From Candidatus Brennerbacteria bacterium RIFOXYC1_FULL_41_11 (GTDB lineage Bacteria > Patescibacteriota > Minisyncoccia > UBA6257 > Brennerbacteraceae), in the NCBI GenBank assembly GCA_001817215.1, contig MHHX01000019.1:16302-80301 (forward strand): a stretch of 64,000 bases of DNA, written 5' to 3'. A program made the translations under genes and the position numbers. This document shows positions 47,554-59,665 of the stretch, piece after piece. Position 1 is the stretch's first letter, and each line of letters starts with the position of its first letter. The notes beneath the pieces are model-generated. The model saw only the letters and a program-made list of their open reading frames with translations, was not told the origin of the DNA and did no database searches.

Positions 47554-48063
47554 ATGAAAGATTTTTACAAAATTCTTGGAGTTTCGGAAAATTCATCTTC
47601 GGAGGAGATAAAGAAAGCTTATCGCAATTTGGCCCATAAGCATCATCCCGACAAATCTTCCGGAGACGAAGCAAAGTTTAAAGAAATAAATGAAGCCTAT
47701 CAAACGCTTTCTGATGCCGGCAAGAAACAACAGTATGATGCTATGCGAAAGTATGGTGGGGGATTCAGCAGTAGTGATTCCCGTGGCTTTGGCTACGACC
47801 CGTTCGGTTTTTCTTCGGGTGGGTTTTCTTGGCAGGGCGGATTAGATGATCTTTTGTCAGAGTTCTTCGGTGGCATGTCTGGTTTTTCCCGTTCGACCGG
47901 ACAAAGGACCAGGACTCAGCCGAAACAAGTGGTTACGATGTCGGTTCAGGGTCCAAAAGGTATGAACATGACAATCCAGCTTTCAGGGGTTAAGGGCGTT
48001 AATGATAAAGCCAAAAAGATTATTGAAGAGTTTGCCGGAAAGTTGTTTAGAGAACTGGAGTAA
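47554..48063 (+). CDS. J-domain co-chaperone (short DnaJ-like; J domain plus G/F region, no zinc-finger domain)
   Basis: DFYKILGV...[15 protein letters not shown] (HPD motif), G/F/S-rich segment, 169 aa total. Confidence 0.8.
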   Translation: MKDFYKILGVSENSSSEEIKKAYRNLAHKHHPDKSSGDEAKFKEINEAYQTLSDAGKKQQYDAMRKYGGGFSSSDSRGFGYDPFGFSSGGFSWQGGLDDLLSEFFGGMSGFSRSTGQRTRTQPKQVVTMSVQGPKGMNMTIQLSGVKGVNDKAKKIIEEFAGKLFRELE

Positions 48064-48121
48064 AACATTCATTAAAAATAAAACAGCCTAGGTTCGTTGA
48101 CCTTGGCTGTTTTATTTTGTC

Positions 48122-48382
48122 TCAGGAATCATCATAGATCCTTTTTTTGTAACCTATGTTGGGGTGGTCGAATGTGAAGTAGATATTTTCGTTATCGTCT
48201 TTCTTGACTCTTCCTTCATATTCTTTACCACTGTTTTTATAGGTCACAATCACTCCGTAGTCATTGTAAAGATGGCTCCAGAATCTTCCGGTAATCACCA
48301 AGCCTTCTCGCGAAAGCGTGGTATTGTGTTCCGGGTAGCGGTTGTGCAGATATTTAACTTTCTGCACACAGAATTTTTCCAC
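48122..48382 (-). CDS. Hypothetical small protein
   Basis: 86-aa ORF, Y/K/D-rich; a terminator hairpin precedes it on the + strand. Confidence 0.35.
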   Translation of the reverse strand: MEKFCVQKVKYLHNRYPEHNTTLSREGLVITGRFWSHLYNDYGVIVTYKNSGKEYEGRVKKDDNENIYFTFDHPNIGYKKRIYDDS

Positions 48383-48618
48383 GGGTTCCTGCTCCCGATT
48401 ACTGGGGGTTGAGTTTGTGCTTGTGAAAGCAATCTCCTTTCTTGATATGTTTGTATTGTATCCATTTTTTTTATTAGATTCAAGTGTTCGGGATTGTGGT
48501 ATATGTAATTAACAAAGAGCGAGAAAATCTCGCTCTTTGTTGAGTCGCTTGTGCGTTTGTCAACTTTCAAGTTCATATTTGAATCAGTTTTTATTTATTG
48601 TTAAAATAAATCTATTGT

Positions 48619-49731
48619 TTGCTGTGTTATGAGCTTCAAGCTATTAGTTATAAGTTGATTTTTGTGGATATTCTCATTGTTATTACAGTTGTTGGTTTTA
48701 TTCTCTTGACCATGATTTTTGGGGCAGTGGTTTATTTTTTGTTGAAAAAACAACAGGATGAAACGCTTCAAAATCAATCCATCAAGGGTTTGCAAGAAAC
48801 TATTTCCAAGATGCAGGTTCAGATGATGGAGCATATGGCCAGCCAGATTAATGCCATGCGTTCGAGTCTGGATAATTCTTCGCAAGCCGTGACTAAAGAG
48901 GCGAGAATTTTTAACGAAGGCATTGTCCAGATGCGCGAAGCTTTGAAACAGGTCCACGAAAAAGTCGGCACCATTTCCAGTTTCCAAGAGATTTTCAAGT
49001 CGCCAAAACTCCGCGGCACCTGGGGAGAGGCCAGTTTGGAACATTTATTGTCGCAGTATTATCCGAAAGAGCTTTATGAACTGCAAAAAATGTTTTCGTC
49101 AGGTGAGCGCGCAGACGCTTGCGTAAAATTGCCCGACGGCAAGCTGATTGCGATTGACTCAAAATTTCCGTTTGAAAACTTTTCCAAGCTTGAGGTTGTG
49201 GAAACCGATCTGGAAAAAGAAGCGATCCAAAAACTTTTCGCCACTGACGTGAAAAAGCACATTGATACGATCGCGCAAAAATACATTTTACCTTCTGAAA
49301 ACACCTTGGATTACGCCATCATGTATATTCCGGCTGAGGCTGTTTATTATGCGATTGCCAACCCAGCTTCAAAATCAGTCAAAGAAGACTTGATTTCTTA
49401 CGCTTGGACAAAAAAAATCATTGTCACTTCGCCGAATTTGTTTTATTTAAGTTTGAAAACTATTGAACATTGGTTCAGGGATGTTCAGGTTTCAAAACAA
49501 ACTCAGGAGATCTTGAAAAGTTTTGAAAAAATCAGAAAAGACGGCGAGAAGCTGGCTGATGATTTTCGTGTTTTGGGCAAGCATATTGCCAATTCCCAAT
49601 CGGCTTATTCAGGTACGGAAAAACGTTTGGGTTTGATGGTGGATAAGGTTTCGCGGCTAACAAAAGGGAATTTGGAAGAAGACAATCCTTTGATTCCGGA
49701 AGAAATTCAAGAAAATAAAACTTCCCAGTAG
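48619..49731 (+). CDS. rmuC: DNA recombination protein RmuC
   Basis: N-terminal TM, coiled coil, conserved LRGTWGE motif and C-terminal nuclease-like domain. Confidence 0.75.
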   Translation: MLCYELQAISYKLIFVDILIVITVVGFILLTMIFGAVVYFLLKKQQDETLQNQSIKGLQETISKMQVQMMEHMASQINAMRSSLDNSSQAVTKEARIFNEGIVQMREALKQVHEKVGTISSFQEIFKSPKLRGTWGEASLEHLLSQYYPKELYELQKMFSSGERADACVKLPDGKLIAIDSKFPFENFSKLEVVETDLEKEAIQKLFATDVKKHIDTIAQKYILPSENTLDYAIMYIPAEAVYYAIANPASKSVKEDLISYAWTKKIIVTSPNLFYLSLKTIEHWFRDVQVSKQTQEILKSFEKIRKDGEKLADDFRVLGKHIANSQSAYSGTEKRLGLMVDKVSRLTKGNLEEDNPLIPEEIQENKTSQ

Positions 49732-49760
49732 TAATACTGGGAAGTTTTTGGCTCAAAGTT

Positions 49761-50144
49761 TCAGAGCCATAGATCTTTGGTGGATCCCAGGCATTCGAAT
49801 CTGACGAAGAGATGCGAGGTGCGGACTGAGATTTTCAACTCACCAGTGAAGATTGTTTGTCGCTGGCCGATTCTGAGATCAACCACCCATTGGCCGTCTT
49901 TGCGAAGATACGCGCCAAGGACCTGGATGTTGAGCTCTTTGACGTCCGGATCGTTCATGCCCGAGATGGTGTCAGACGGGTATTCGACTGGGATTCGAAA
50001 ATCGCGGTTTTGATCAATCCATAAAATGGATTTGTATTTCTTGTGGCCGATGATCCAGGTTGTGATTGCGATCAACATCAGGATTCCCGTGATCAGCGGG
50101 AAAATTAACTTGGGATCAATTTCCATATCTGCCTCCTTTGGCAA
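49761..50144 (-). CDS. Hypothetical N-terminally anchored small protein
   Basis: 127 aa; TM LIFPLITGILMLIAITTWII. Confidence 0.4.
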   Translation of the reverse strand: MPKEADMEIDPKLIFPLITGILMLIAITTWIIGHKKYKSILWIDQNRDFRIPVEYPSDTISGMNDPDVKELNIQVLGAYLRKDGQWVVDLRIGQRQTIFTGELKISVRTSHLFVRFECLGSTKDLWL

Positions 50145-50237
50145 AGTCTTTGGTCTGCGTTATCTTGACACTGTTTTTTAGTTTTTTCAAATTTGTAAAA
50201 TAAATCAGCCCCGATGTTTTTTCGGGGCTGACAGCTA

Positions 50238-50639
50238 TTAGAGAACAGTGATAATTGTATCCCACCAAACCATGACTGGGTGGTCGTTCTCGCCTTCTTC
50301 AACCAGGAATCCGACACCTCCATCGTTCGCTGTCATGCCTGGTCTTTCAACCGCGAAGACCCTCATGATGTAATCAAATCCACCTGTTCTAGCGGAGTAT
50401 AGTTCCTGATGGATTTTGACCCTTTTCCCGACCAGGCTGAGCAAATCATTATAGCTCGGACCATTGATGATTTGCTTTGGGTGGCAGTGTTCGTATAACC
50501 AGAGAGCAAGGACTGCAATGAATCCCGTTACGAACGGAAGCCACAACATTAACATGGACCAATCGAAAATGTTCATATCAACTCTCCTTTCAGGAACGTA
50601 GGTTTTCATAATTAAAGCACCTTGATCATTACAAGTCAA
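50238..50639 (-). CDS. Hypothetical N-terminally anchored small protein
   Basis: 133 aa; TM MLMLWLPFVTGFIAVLALWL. Confidence 0.4.
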   Translation of the reverse strand: MTCNDQGALIMKTYVPERRVDMNIFDWSMLMLWLPFVTGFIAVLALWLYEHCHPKQIINGPSYNDLLSLVGKRVKIHQELYSARTGGFDYIMRVFAVERPGMTANDGGVGFLVEEGENDHPVMVWWDTIITVL

Positions 50640-50782
50640 ACTCGTCTTTGTGTGATGTTTTATCTGAAGATAATTTTACGTTATTGAGCCAAGAGAGATT
50701 TATTGATAAACTGAAAGATTCTCACCTTCGTCTACTGATTGGCGGACTACGGAAGGGAAGGATAATTTTAAGAGTTTATTAT

Positions 50783-53623
50783 ATGCAAGATTTTATAAAA
50801 TTACGCGGCGTGCGGGTGCACAATCTGAAGAATGTTGATCTGGATATTCCCAAGAATAAGCTGGTGGTAATTACTGGTGTTTCCGGGTCCGGCAAGTCGT
50901 CTTTGGCTTTTGATACGATTTATGCAGAGTCAGAGCGGCGATACCTTGAATCATTGTCTGGCTACGCCAGACAGTTTTTGGGGGTAAAAGACAAGCCCGA
51001 TTACGACAAAATTGAGGGTTTATCTCCGGCGATCGCGATTAACCAGAGGAACATTGCCAAAAATCCGCGTTCAACCGTAGCGACAATTACAGAGATATAT
51101 GATTACTTAAGAATTCTTTTTGCCAGAACCGGCGATCCGTTCTGTCCGAATTGCCAGATTCGAGTTTCCAAACAAACTCATCAAAGCATTATTGAATCAA
51201 TTCTTAAAATTAAAAAAACATCTGACCTGGCAAAAGAAACGCTAGTCTTAATTTTGGCGCCGATAATAGAAAACAAAAAAGGCGAACACAAGGGCGTTTT
51301 AACGGAACTTTCTCAGGCCGGATTTTCTTTTGTCAGGTTTGATAAAATTTTGTGGCGTCTTGAAGAGCTATTGCAAAAAGAAATTTCAAAAGTTAAAAAG
51401 CACACGATTGAATTGGTTTTGGACAGATTGGTACTTGGAGAGGAGTGGGAAAAGACGCGTTTATCAGAAGCTGTCGAAAGGGCTTTAAAAACCGGCAAAG
51501 GATTTTTGAAAATTGGGTTTTTATCAAAAATAGGCAGACAAATATCTGATGATGTTCTGTTTTCAGAAAAGTTTGCTTGTCCAAAATGCGGTATGTCTTT
51601 TCCTGAGATCGAGCCACGAATCTTTTCTTTTAATAATCCCTATGGCGCTTGTTCACAATGCACTGGTTTGGGCTATCTGATTAAAGTCGATCCGGAGCTT
51701 CTTTTGCCGAATAAAAACCTGACCTTAGCAGAAGGTGCGATTGCGCCATCCTTAGCTGTTGGCCAAAGGAATTGGCAATGGTATGAACTAGTTCAGCTGT
51801 CAGAGAAACTTGGTTTTTCTTTGAAAGTGCCGGTCAAAGATCTCTCAAAGAGGGTTTTTGAAATTATCATGAATGGAACCGGCCGAACAGGTCCGGGCGA
51901 TGAGGGCATTGATTTTGAGGGCGTGATCCCGAATCTTGAAAGAAAGTGGAAAGATTCAAGCTCTGATTACGTGAAAGCTGAGATTGAAAAATACATGTCT
52001 CGCGTTTCTTGTTCTCTGTGTCATGGTCAGAGATTGAACTCCATTGCCTTGGCCGTAAGGGTCAAGGGTAAAAATATTAACGATATCGTTTCCCTGTCGA
52101 TTTCTGAGGCTTTTGAATTTTTCAATAAATTGAAATTTTCTGAAAAAGAAAAGATCGTTACTCTCCCTCTGATAAAAGAGATCCAGAAGCGTTTGGAGTT
52201 TATGATTGAGATTGGTTTGGATTATTTGACTTTGGACAGGGAGTCGACAACTCTGGCCGGTGGTGAATCGCAGAGAATAAGGCTGGCAACCCAGATTGGC
52301 TCTGGCCTTTCGGGTGTAATCTATGTTTTAGATGAACCGTCAATTGGTATGCATCCGCGCGACATTGGTCGCTTGATTAAAAATCTCAGATCCTTGCGCG
52401 ATCTGGGCAATACAGTTATCGTTGTTGAGCATGATGAACAGACTATCCGAGCCGCCGATTGGGTGGTTGATGTTGGACCTGGTGCGGGCGAGCGGGGCGG
52501 GAAGATTGTTTTTGAAGGTGAAGTCAAAAAGCTTGAATCTTCTAACTCACGAAGTAAAACTTTAACAGGAGAGTACTTGTCGGGAAAAAGAAAAGTTCAG
52601 AGAAAAATAAATCAGCATAAATCCGCGTTGAATCAGCACAAATCAGCGTTTTTGGAAATTATTGGTGCGTCACAACATAACCTGAAGGATGTTTCAGTAA
52701 AAATTCCTACAGGGAGATTAGTTAGTGTAACGGGAGTTTCTGGTTCGGGAAAGTCATCCTTGATTATTGATACTTTGGCGCCGGCATTGTTGAGGCATTT
52801 TTATCATTCTCGTGAGCCGATCGGAAAACACAAGGAAATAAAAGGAATAGAGAATCTGGATAAAGTTTCCGTGGTTGATCAGTCGCCGATTGGCCGGACG
52901 CCAAGATCAAATCCGGCCACTTATACCGGCATGTTTGATTTTATTCGCGACATTTTTTCGCAGACTAAAATTTCCAGAATGCGCGGTTATGACAAGGGCA
53001 GGTTCTCTTTTAATCTTAAGGGCGGTCGATGCGACGCTTGCGAAGGCCAGGGGTATCAAAAGATCGAGATGTATTTTTTGCCGGATGTTTACGTTGAGTG
53101 TGACGAGTGTCGTGGCACGCGTTACCGAAACGAGATTCTGGAAATTGAACACAACGGTAAGAACATTGCCGAGGTTTTAAAAATGAGCGTGCTTGAGGCC
53201 AGGATGTTTTTCAAACATTTTCCTCAACTTGAGATAAAACTCAGACTCCTTGAAGACGTTGGTCTGGGATATTTAAAATTGGGTCAGTCGGCAACAACTT
53301 TGTCTGGGGGTGAAGCACAGAGAATTAAGCTTTCTAGCGAGCTGTCAAAACGGCAAACAGGTAAAAGCCTTTATATTTTGGACGAGCCAACCACAGGGCT
53401 TCATTTTGATGATTGTGCCAAGCTTTTAGGTGTTTTGGACAAACTGGTAGAAAAAGGTAACACAGTTTTGGTTGTTGAACATGAGCTTGATATTATTAGG
53501 AATTCTGATTGGATTATTGACCTTGGACCAGAAGGCGGAGATGGTGGCGGGCAGGTAATTGCCGCTGGCACTCCTAATGAGATAAAGAAAAACAAGAAAA
53601 GCTATACAGGAAAATACTTGTGA
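50783..53623 (+). CDS. uvrA: Excinuclease ABC subunit A
   Basis: Two ABC modules (GVSGSGKSS twice), zinc fingers CPKCG...C..C and C..C..C..C. ATG at 50783 (MQDFIKLRG) checked; the upstream ORF-track extension is non-conserved. Confidence 0.95.
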   Translation: MQDFIKLRGVRVHNLKNVDLDIPKNKLVVITGVSGSGKSSLAFDTIYAESERRYLESLSGYARQFLGVKDKPDYDKIEGLSPAIAINQRNIAKNPRSTVATITEIYDYLRILFARTGDPFCPNCQIRVSKQTHQSIIESILKIKKTSDLAKETLVLILAPIIENKKGEHKGVLTELSQAGFSFVRFDKILWRLEELLQKEISKVKKHTIELVLDRLVLGEEWEKTRLSEAVERALKTGKGFLKIGFLSKIGRQISDDVLFSEKFACPKCGMSFPEIEPRIFSFNNPYGACSQCTGLGYLIKVDPELLLPNKNLTLAEGAIAPSLAVGQRNWQWYELVQLSEKLGFSLKVPVKDLSKRVFEIIMNGTGRTGPGDEGIDFEGVIPNLERKWKDSSSDYVKAEIEKYMSRVSCSLCHGQRLNSIALAVRVKGKNINDIVSLSISEAFEFFNKLKFSEKEKIVTLPLIKEIQKRLEFMIEIGLDYLTLDRESTTLAGGESQRIRLATQIGSGLSGVIYVLDEPSIGMHPRDIGRLIKNLRSLRDLGNTVIVVEHDEQTIRAADWVVDVGPGAGERGGKIVFEGEVKKLESSNSRSKTLTGEYLSGKRKVQRKINQHKSALNQHKSAFLEIIGASQHNLKDVSVKIPTGRLVSVTGVSGSGKSSLIIDTLAPALLRHFYHSREPIGKHKEIKGIENLDKVSVVDQSPIGRTPRSNPATYTGMFDFIRDIFSQTKISRMRGYDKGRFSFNLKGGRCDACEGQGYQKIEMYFLPDVYVECDECRGTRYRNEILEIEHNGKNIAEVLKMSVLEARMFFKHFPQLEIKLRLLEDVGLGYLKLGQSATTLSGGEAQRIKLSSELSKRQTGKSLYILDEPTTGLHFDDCAKLLGVLDKLVEKGNTVLVVEHELDIIRNSDWIIDLGPEGGDGGGQVIAAGTPNEIKKNKKSYTGKYL

Positions 53624-53705
53624 AGTTAAAAGTCAAAATTGAAATTAGAAATTAAAAAGTTCTTAAAACTTTTGAATTTTGACCTTTGAATTTTGAATTA
53701 TCTTT

Positions 53706-54233
53706 ATGCTTGAAACCACCCATGTTTTAACCGCTTTGGCGATAGCCAAGAATATATCGAATCCTTTTTTGGCTTTTGGCGCCGGGCTGGTTTCCCATTT
53801 TGTTTTGGATGCGATTCCGCATTATGATTTTCAGGGTAAGATTCTAAAACAGGAATATTACAATGAAGAGAAGGGCGGAGATTTTGGTAAAAAAGAATTT
53901 TCAAGAACTGGCAAAATCGTTATTTTTTCGGACTTGACTGTGAGTCTTGTAATATTTCTGTACCTATCTCTTTCCGGGAGAATCTGGCCTAACTTTCCCG
54001 ATTTGATTTCTTTTGCTTTTTTTTTATTTGATAACTTGCACTTGGCGGCTGGTGTCCTCGGCGGCGTGTTGCCAGATCTAGCAAACTTGGTTTGCATCAA
54101 AACCGGATTTTGTCAGCCGAAATGGTTTTTTAAGTTTCACAAAAAGATCCAGATAGTAAAGATCGGGATTGTTCCCGGACTGATTTTCCAGATTGCTTTA
54201 GCTATTTTTTCGTTGTACTATTTTATGAGATAA
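53706..54233 (+). CDS. Hypothetical membrane protein
   Basis: 175 aa, 4-5 hydrophobic helices. Confidence 0.4.
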   Translation: MLETTHVLTALAIAKNISNPFLAFGAGLVSHFVLDAIPHYDFQGKILKQEYYNEEKGGDFGKKEFSRTGKIVIFSDLTVSLVIFLYLSLSGRIWPNFPDLISFAFFLFDNLHLAAGVLGGVLPDLANLVCIKTGFCQPKWFFKFHKKIQIVKIGIVPGLIFQIALAIFSLYYFMR

Positions 54234-54310
54234 ATATATAAAGCCCGTTAGAAATGACTCAATTTTTAACAGGACGAATAAGAAATTAATTGTTTTTAAA
54301 TTAAAACAAG

Positions 54311-55078
54311 ATGAAAAAGCTTTTTTTAAAATTTGCGTTTCTTGAACTATTGTTGTTGACCGTGGCTTATAGCGTCAGGACATATTTTGGTAAAGAGATA
54401 TTCTTGGCTGATTCAGCGAATTTCGGCTGGGTTTTTGGAATTATCGGCACGGCATACACATTGATTGCTGCGTTTGTCTTGTTCGGAGTCTGGAATCAAT
54501 ATAGTGCTTTGTCTTCTTTGATCGCGCGTGAATCTTGGCTTTTGGGTTCGATCTGGAATTTCACCGATTATTTCAATGACAAGAAATTAACTCAGAATAT
54601 GAAAAGTGTATTATTGTCTTATATCAATCAAACCGTTGATAAGGAAGTGGATTTATTAGCACGAGAGCAAGAAGTGGAAACCTATTCAAAAGAATACATT
54701 GCGATAGGGAAAGTTATAGACGGCATCGAGTTTAATGATGGCAGAGATGCCGTGATTTATCCGGTAATGATTCAGGGATATCGGGATTTGTTGGATGTCC
54801 GTCAGCAACGTAACGAGGCGGGAACCACTCGTTTGTCTTTTTCAATGAGAATTTTGTTTATGATCTTTTCCTTGTTATTAGCAACCTCGTCTTTGATTGC
54901 TGGGTTTGTGTATACGATCATGTACATGTTCGGCGCTGGATTTATCGGCGCGGTTGTCATCCTGACATATATTGTTGTTGCGGACATGGACAATCCTTTT
55001 GGCGGTCTGTTTGAGTTGAAGCCGGTTTCTTTTTTCCAGACAAAAAAATACATTGAGGGCAGTTCACATCAAGAGTAG
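54311..55078 (+). CDS. Hypothetical membrane protein
   Basis: 255 aa, about 4 TM helices. Confidence 0.4.
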   Translation: MKKLFLKFAFLELLLLTVAYSVRTYFGKEIFLADSANFGWVFGIIGTAYTLIAAFVLFGVWNQYSALSSLIARESWLLGSIWNFTDYFNDKKLTQNMKSVLLSYINQTVDKEVDLLAREQEVETYSKEYIAIGKVIDGIEFNDGRDAVIYPVMIQGYRDLLDVRQQRNEAGTTRLSFSMRILFMIFSLLLATSSLIAGFVYTIMYMFGAGFIGAVVILTYIVVADMDNPFGGLFELKPVSFFQTKKYIEGSSHQE

Positions 55079-55427
55079 CTAAATTGTTGTGATAAAAAAA
55101 TCTGTCCTCGGCATTGCGTTCGGACAGATTTTTGTCGGTTCCCCTGAATCTTAATCCCAAGTGTATCCTTGTTCTGTTTTTGTCTTTGTTTTGCGTGGTT
55201 TTCTTTTCGGAGAGTTGGCCAATGTTCGTAAACTAACCATGAAAAGAAATCCTGCCCCAAAGAAAAATATCCAGACCCAGTCAGCGTAGGAAATTCCGAA
55301 GATCATTCGTGCCTCCTTTCGCTTTTTTAGCGAATCACTATTGACAAGAGCTCTCTGGTGATTATAATGAATACTTAGCAGACTAGGCTTTAGTTTGCTA
55401 ATGAATGAATTAACGATTCAAAAAGTT

Positions 55428-55733
55428 ATGAAAATACAACCGCTTTCGGATTTTATTTTAATTGAACCATCGAAAGAAGAAAAAACCACATCATCAGGGA
55501 TTATTATCCCCGACACGGCTCATGAGAATCGGCCGCAAAAAGGTAAGGTGATCTCAGTCGGTCCGGGGAAGAAGAATGATAAAGGTGAGCACGTGGCCTT
55601 GGGAGTTGGGATCAACAACATTGTTTTGTTCAAAAAATACGGTCCGGACGAGATTAAGGTCAAGGATGATTCGGGGAAAGAAGTTGAGTATTTGATTGCA
55701 AGAGAAGAAGACATTCTCGCGATTATCGAATGA
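55428..55733 (+). CDS. groES: Co-chaperonin GroES
   Basis: MKIQPLSDFILIEP... canonical GroES start; earlier in-frame ATG at 55401 and TTG at 55395 are possible. Confidence 0.85.
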   Translation: MKIQPLSDFILIEPSKEEKTTSSGIIIPDTAHENRPQKGKVISVGPGKKNDKGEHVALGVGINNIVLFKKYGPDEIKVKDDSGKEVEYLIAREEDILAIIE

Positions 55734-55854
55734 ATAATGATCGTGAAGGTTCAAATGTCAAAGCTGAAATTTCAAAACTTTTGTTTTTAAGCATTTGATA
55801 TTGATTTGTCATCTGGATTTTGTGATTTGAAGTTTAGTTTTTAAATTAATTTAA

Positions 55855-57516
<1,662 letters not shown>

Positions 57517-57545
57517 AACAGAATCTAGAAAGTAGAAAGAAGCAA

Positions 57546-57575
57546 CAGAAATATCCCGCGAGCGGGATATTTCTG
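57546..57575. terminator. Intrinsic terminator after groEL with the core TCCCGCGAGCGGGA
   Basis: CAGAAATATCCCGC-gag-GCGGGATATTTCTG + TTT. Confidence 0.8.
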
Positions 57576-57626
57576 TTTGACATTATTATAACAATGTGGT
57601 AATTAACTATTAGAAAGGAGATTCTC

Positions 57627-57875
57627 ATGAAAAAAGCAGCTTTAATTGCGCTTGCTGTATTCATCGCAATTTCATTGATTACAGCGCCGTTCCAAGTGGT
57701 ATCGGAGCAGATCGCGGCGGATCACGAGAGTGATTCGTCTGTCTGGATGCTGGGGGTTTTATTCTGTGATTTGCCGATTCTTTTTTTGCTTTTTCTGGTT
57801 TTGGTTATTCTCGGGGTTGTTGTCTATTCGAGAGGCAAACAGATTCAGGGAGGAGATGAGATTGGTGAGAATTAG
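57627..57875 (+). CDS. Small membrane protein, hypothetical
   Basis: 82 aa, two TM helices, RBS AAAGGAG upstream. Confidence 0.4.
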   Translation: MKKAALIALAVFIAISLITAPFQVVSEQIAADHESDSSVWMLGVLFCDLPILFLLFLVLVILGVVVYSRGKQIQGGDEIGEN

Positions 57876-57958
57876 GATTCGGAAGATCGCGTCAAGAAAT
57901 GGCGCGATTTTCTATTTTAGCTTGTCAAGCTGGTAAAAAAATAATAGAATGTGGTGTT

Positions 57959-58030
57959 GCCGAAGTAGTTCAGTGGCAGAACGCTTTCTTGGTAAGAAAG
58001 AGGTCGTGAGTCCGATTCTCACCTTCGGCT
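57959..58030 (+). tRNA. tRNA-Thr (anticodon GGT)
   Basis: Acceptor GCCGAAG/CTTCGGC, anticodon stem CTTTC/GAAAG with loop UUGGUAA, T arm GTGAG-TCCGATT-CTCAC. Confidence 0.8.
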
Positions 58031-58208
58031 CTAGACTGAGATAACATGACCAACCGGCCATGTTATCTCAATAAGTATGCGAATTAAGAATCGGACGGCT
58101 TTCAGCATCCCAGCATTAATACCCGTGAGGGTATTAATGCTTCTTTCGGCTCGGATTGAAAAAAAACTGTTTTTGAGTTAAAATAGCAACACTATTTCTG
58201 GATAAAAA

Positions 58209-58388
58209 TGGCAAAGTCAAAATCAAAATTTTCAGAGAATTTAATCAGGTTTCAATGCACTGTTTGCAAGCAGTTTAATTATTTTTCTCGAAAAAACAAA
58301 AAACTTGTTGAAAGGAAGCTGGAATACAGCAAGTATTGCCGTCATTGTCGGAAACACACTAAGCATAAAGAAGCAAAGAAGAAGTAAA
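58209..58388 (+). CDS. rpmG: Ribosomal protein L33 (59 aa; below the ORF-track cutoff)
   Basis: MAKSKSKFSENLIRFQCTVCKQFNYFSRKNKKLVERKLEYSKYCRHCRKHTKHKEAKKK: two CxxC pairs and the length match L33; tRNA-Thr and tRNA-Trp flank it, as in many bacteria. Confidence 0.75.
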
Positions 58389-58446
58389 AAACAAAATCGT
58401 CCTTCGACAAACTCAGGGCGATTTTGTGATAAAATGTGCGCATAGT

Positions 58447-58517
58447 GGGGATTTGGTGTAGTGGTAACACAGCGGTCTCCAAAACCGCTAACGGGGGTCC
58501 GATTCCTCCAATCCCCG
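58447..58517 (+). tRNA. tRNA-Trp (anticodon CCA)
   Basis: Acceptor GGGGATT/AATCCCC, anticodon stem GCGGT/ACCGC with loop CUCCAAA, T arm GGGGG-TCCGATT-CCTCC. Confidence 0.8.
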
Positions 58518-58561
58518 CCGCGTTAAGCGCGGTGGATAAACTTTATTAACCGCAAACCCCT

Positions 58562-59665
58562 ATGGATTTTTCTGAACTTAAAATTAAACTTCAATCTTTG
58601 CGGGAACGGCTTCTGAAATGGCAGGTTTGGCTTGATTTGGATAATAAAAAATCTAGGATCATTGAGATGGAAACAGAGATTCTTGAACCGAATTTCTGGA
58701 AAGATCGTCAAAAAGCCGAAACAGTTTCTAAAGAGCTTGGAAGGTTGAAAAGCGAGCTTGAAGATTTCGAGAAGAAACAGCAAGAGCTTGATGAGCTGGA
58801 AACAATGTTTTTTATCGCCGATAAGGAAAATCAAGAAGAAGCCGGGATGAAAGAGATTCTGCCGCGGTTTGAAAAGCTTGAAAAGCAGGTTGATAAAGAA
58901 GAGACAAAAACTTTTTTATCCGGGAAGTATGATAAAGGCTCTGCGACCTTGGCGGTTTATGCCGGTGCTGGTGGCGACGATGCCGAGGATTGGGCAAGAA
59001 TGCTTTGGGAGATGTATCAGGCTTTTTTTCTTTCAAAGACTTGGAAGTTTTCTATTCTTGATGAGAGCAGAAGTGAGGCCGGTGGTTTAAAGAGCGCCGT
59101 GGCCGAGATTTCTGGAGATTATGTTTTTGGATATTTAAAGGGGGAAAACGGGGTTCATCGCCTGGTCAGGGTTTCTCCTTTTGACGCGGATAAACAAAGA
59201 CACACTTCTTTCGCTATGGTTGAGATTTTGCCAGAGATTGAGGAAAAAGAATTCGAGATTCGTTCTGAAGATTTGGAGCTTGATTTGTTCCGTTCTTCCG
59301 GTCCGGGCGGACAAAATGTCAACAAAGTGGAAACTGCAGTCAGGATAAAACATAAGCCGACAGGAATGACGGTTGCTTGTCAAAGCGAAAGGTCGCAGGA
59401 TAGAAATCGTCAAAAGGCAATGAGTTTATTAAGGGCAAAGCTTTTTGAGATAGCCAGGGGCAAGGCACAATCAGAAAAAGCTGAGATTAAGGGAGAAAAA
59501 AAACAAATTGCTTGGTCAAATCAGATAAGATCTTACGTTTTACATCCTTATCAGATGGTTAAAGATCACAGGACTGACGTTGAAACAAGTCAGGTGGATA
59601 AAGTTTTAGCCGGAGATCTGGATAGATTCATAGAAGCAGAATTGAAAATAGGTTATAATAAGTAG
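58562..59665 (+). CDS. prfB: Peptide chain release factor 2, single uninterrupted frame (no programmed +1 frameshift)
   Basis: SPF tripeptide (RVSPFDAD) marks RF2 rather than RF1; GGQ motif [10 protein letters not shown]. Confidence 0.9.
   Translation: MDFSELKIKLQSLRERLLKWQVWLDLDNKKSRIIEMETEILEPNFWKDRQKAETVSKELGRLKSELEDFEKKQQELDELETMFFIADKENQEEAGMKEILPRFEKLEKQVDKEETKTFLSGKYDKGSATLAVYAGAGGDDAEDWARMLWEMYQAFFLSKTWKFSILDESRSEAGGLKSAVAEISGDYVFGYLKGENGVHRLVRVSPFDADKQRHTSFAMVEILPEIEEKEFEIRSEDLELDLFRSSGPGGQNVNKVETAVRIKHKPTGMTVACQSERSQDRNRQKAMSLLRAKLFEIARGKAQSEKAEIKGEKKQIAWSNQIRSYVLHPYQMVKDHRTDVETSQVDKVLAGDLDRFIEAELKIGYNK

Noticed and set aside
58562-58700. Programmed +1 frameshift site in prfB
   Set aside because: I looked for the CUU UGA C motif and a short upstream ORF. 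The reading frame is continuous from ATG 58562 to the stop at 59665, so there is no frameshift.
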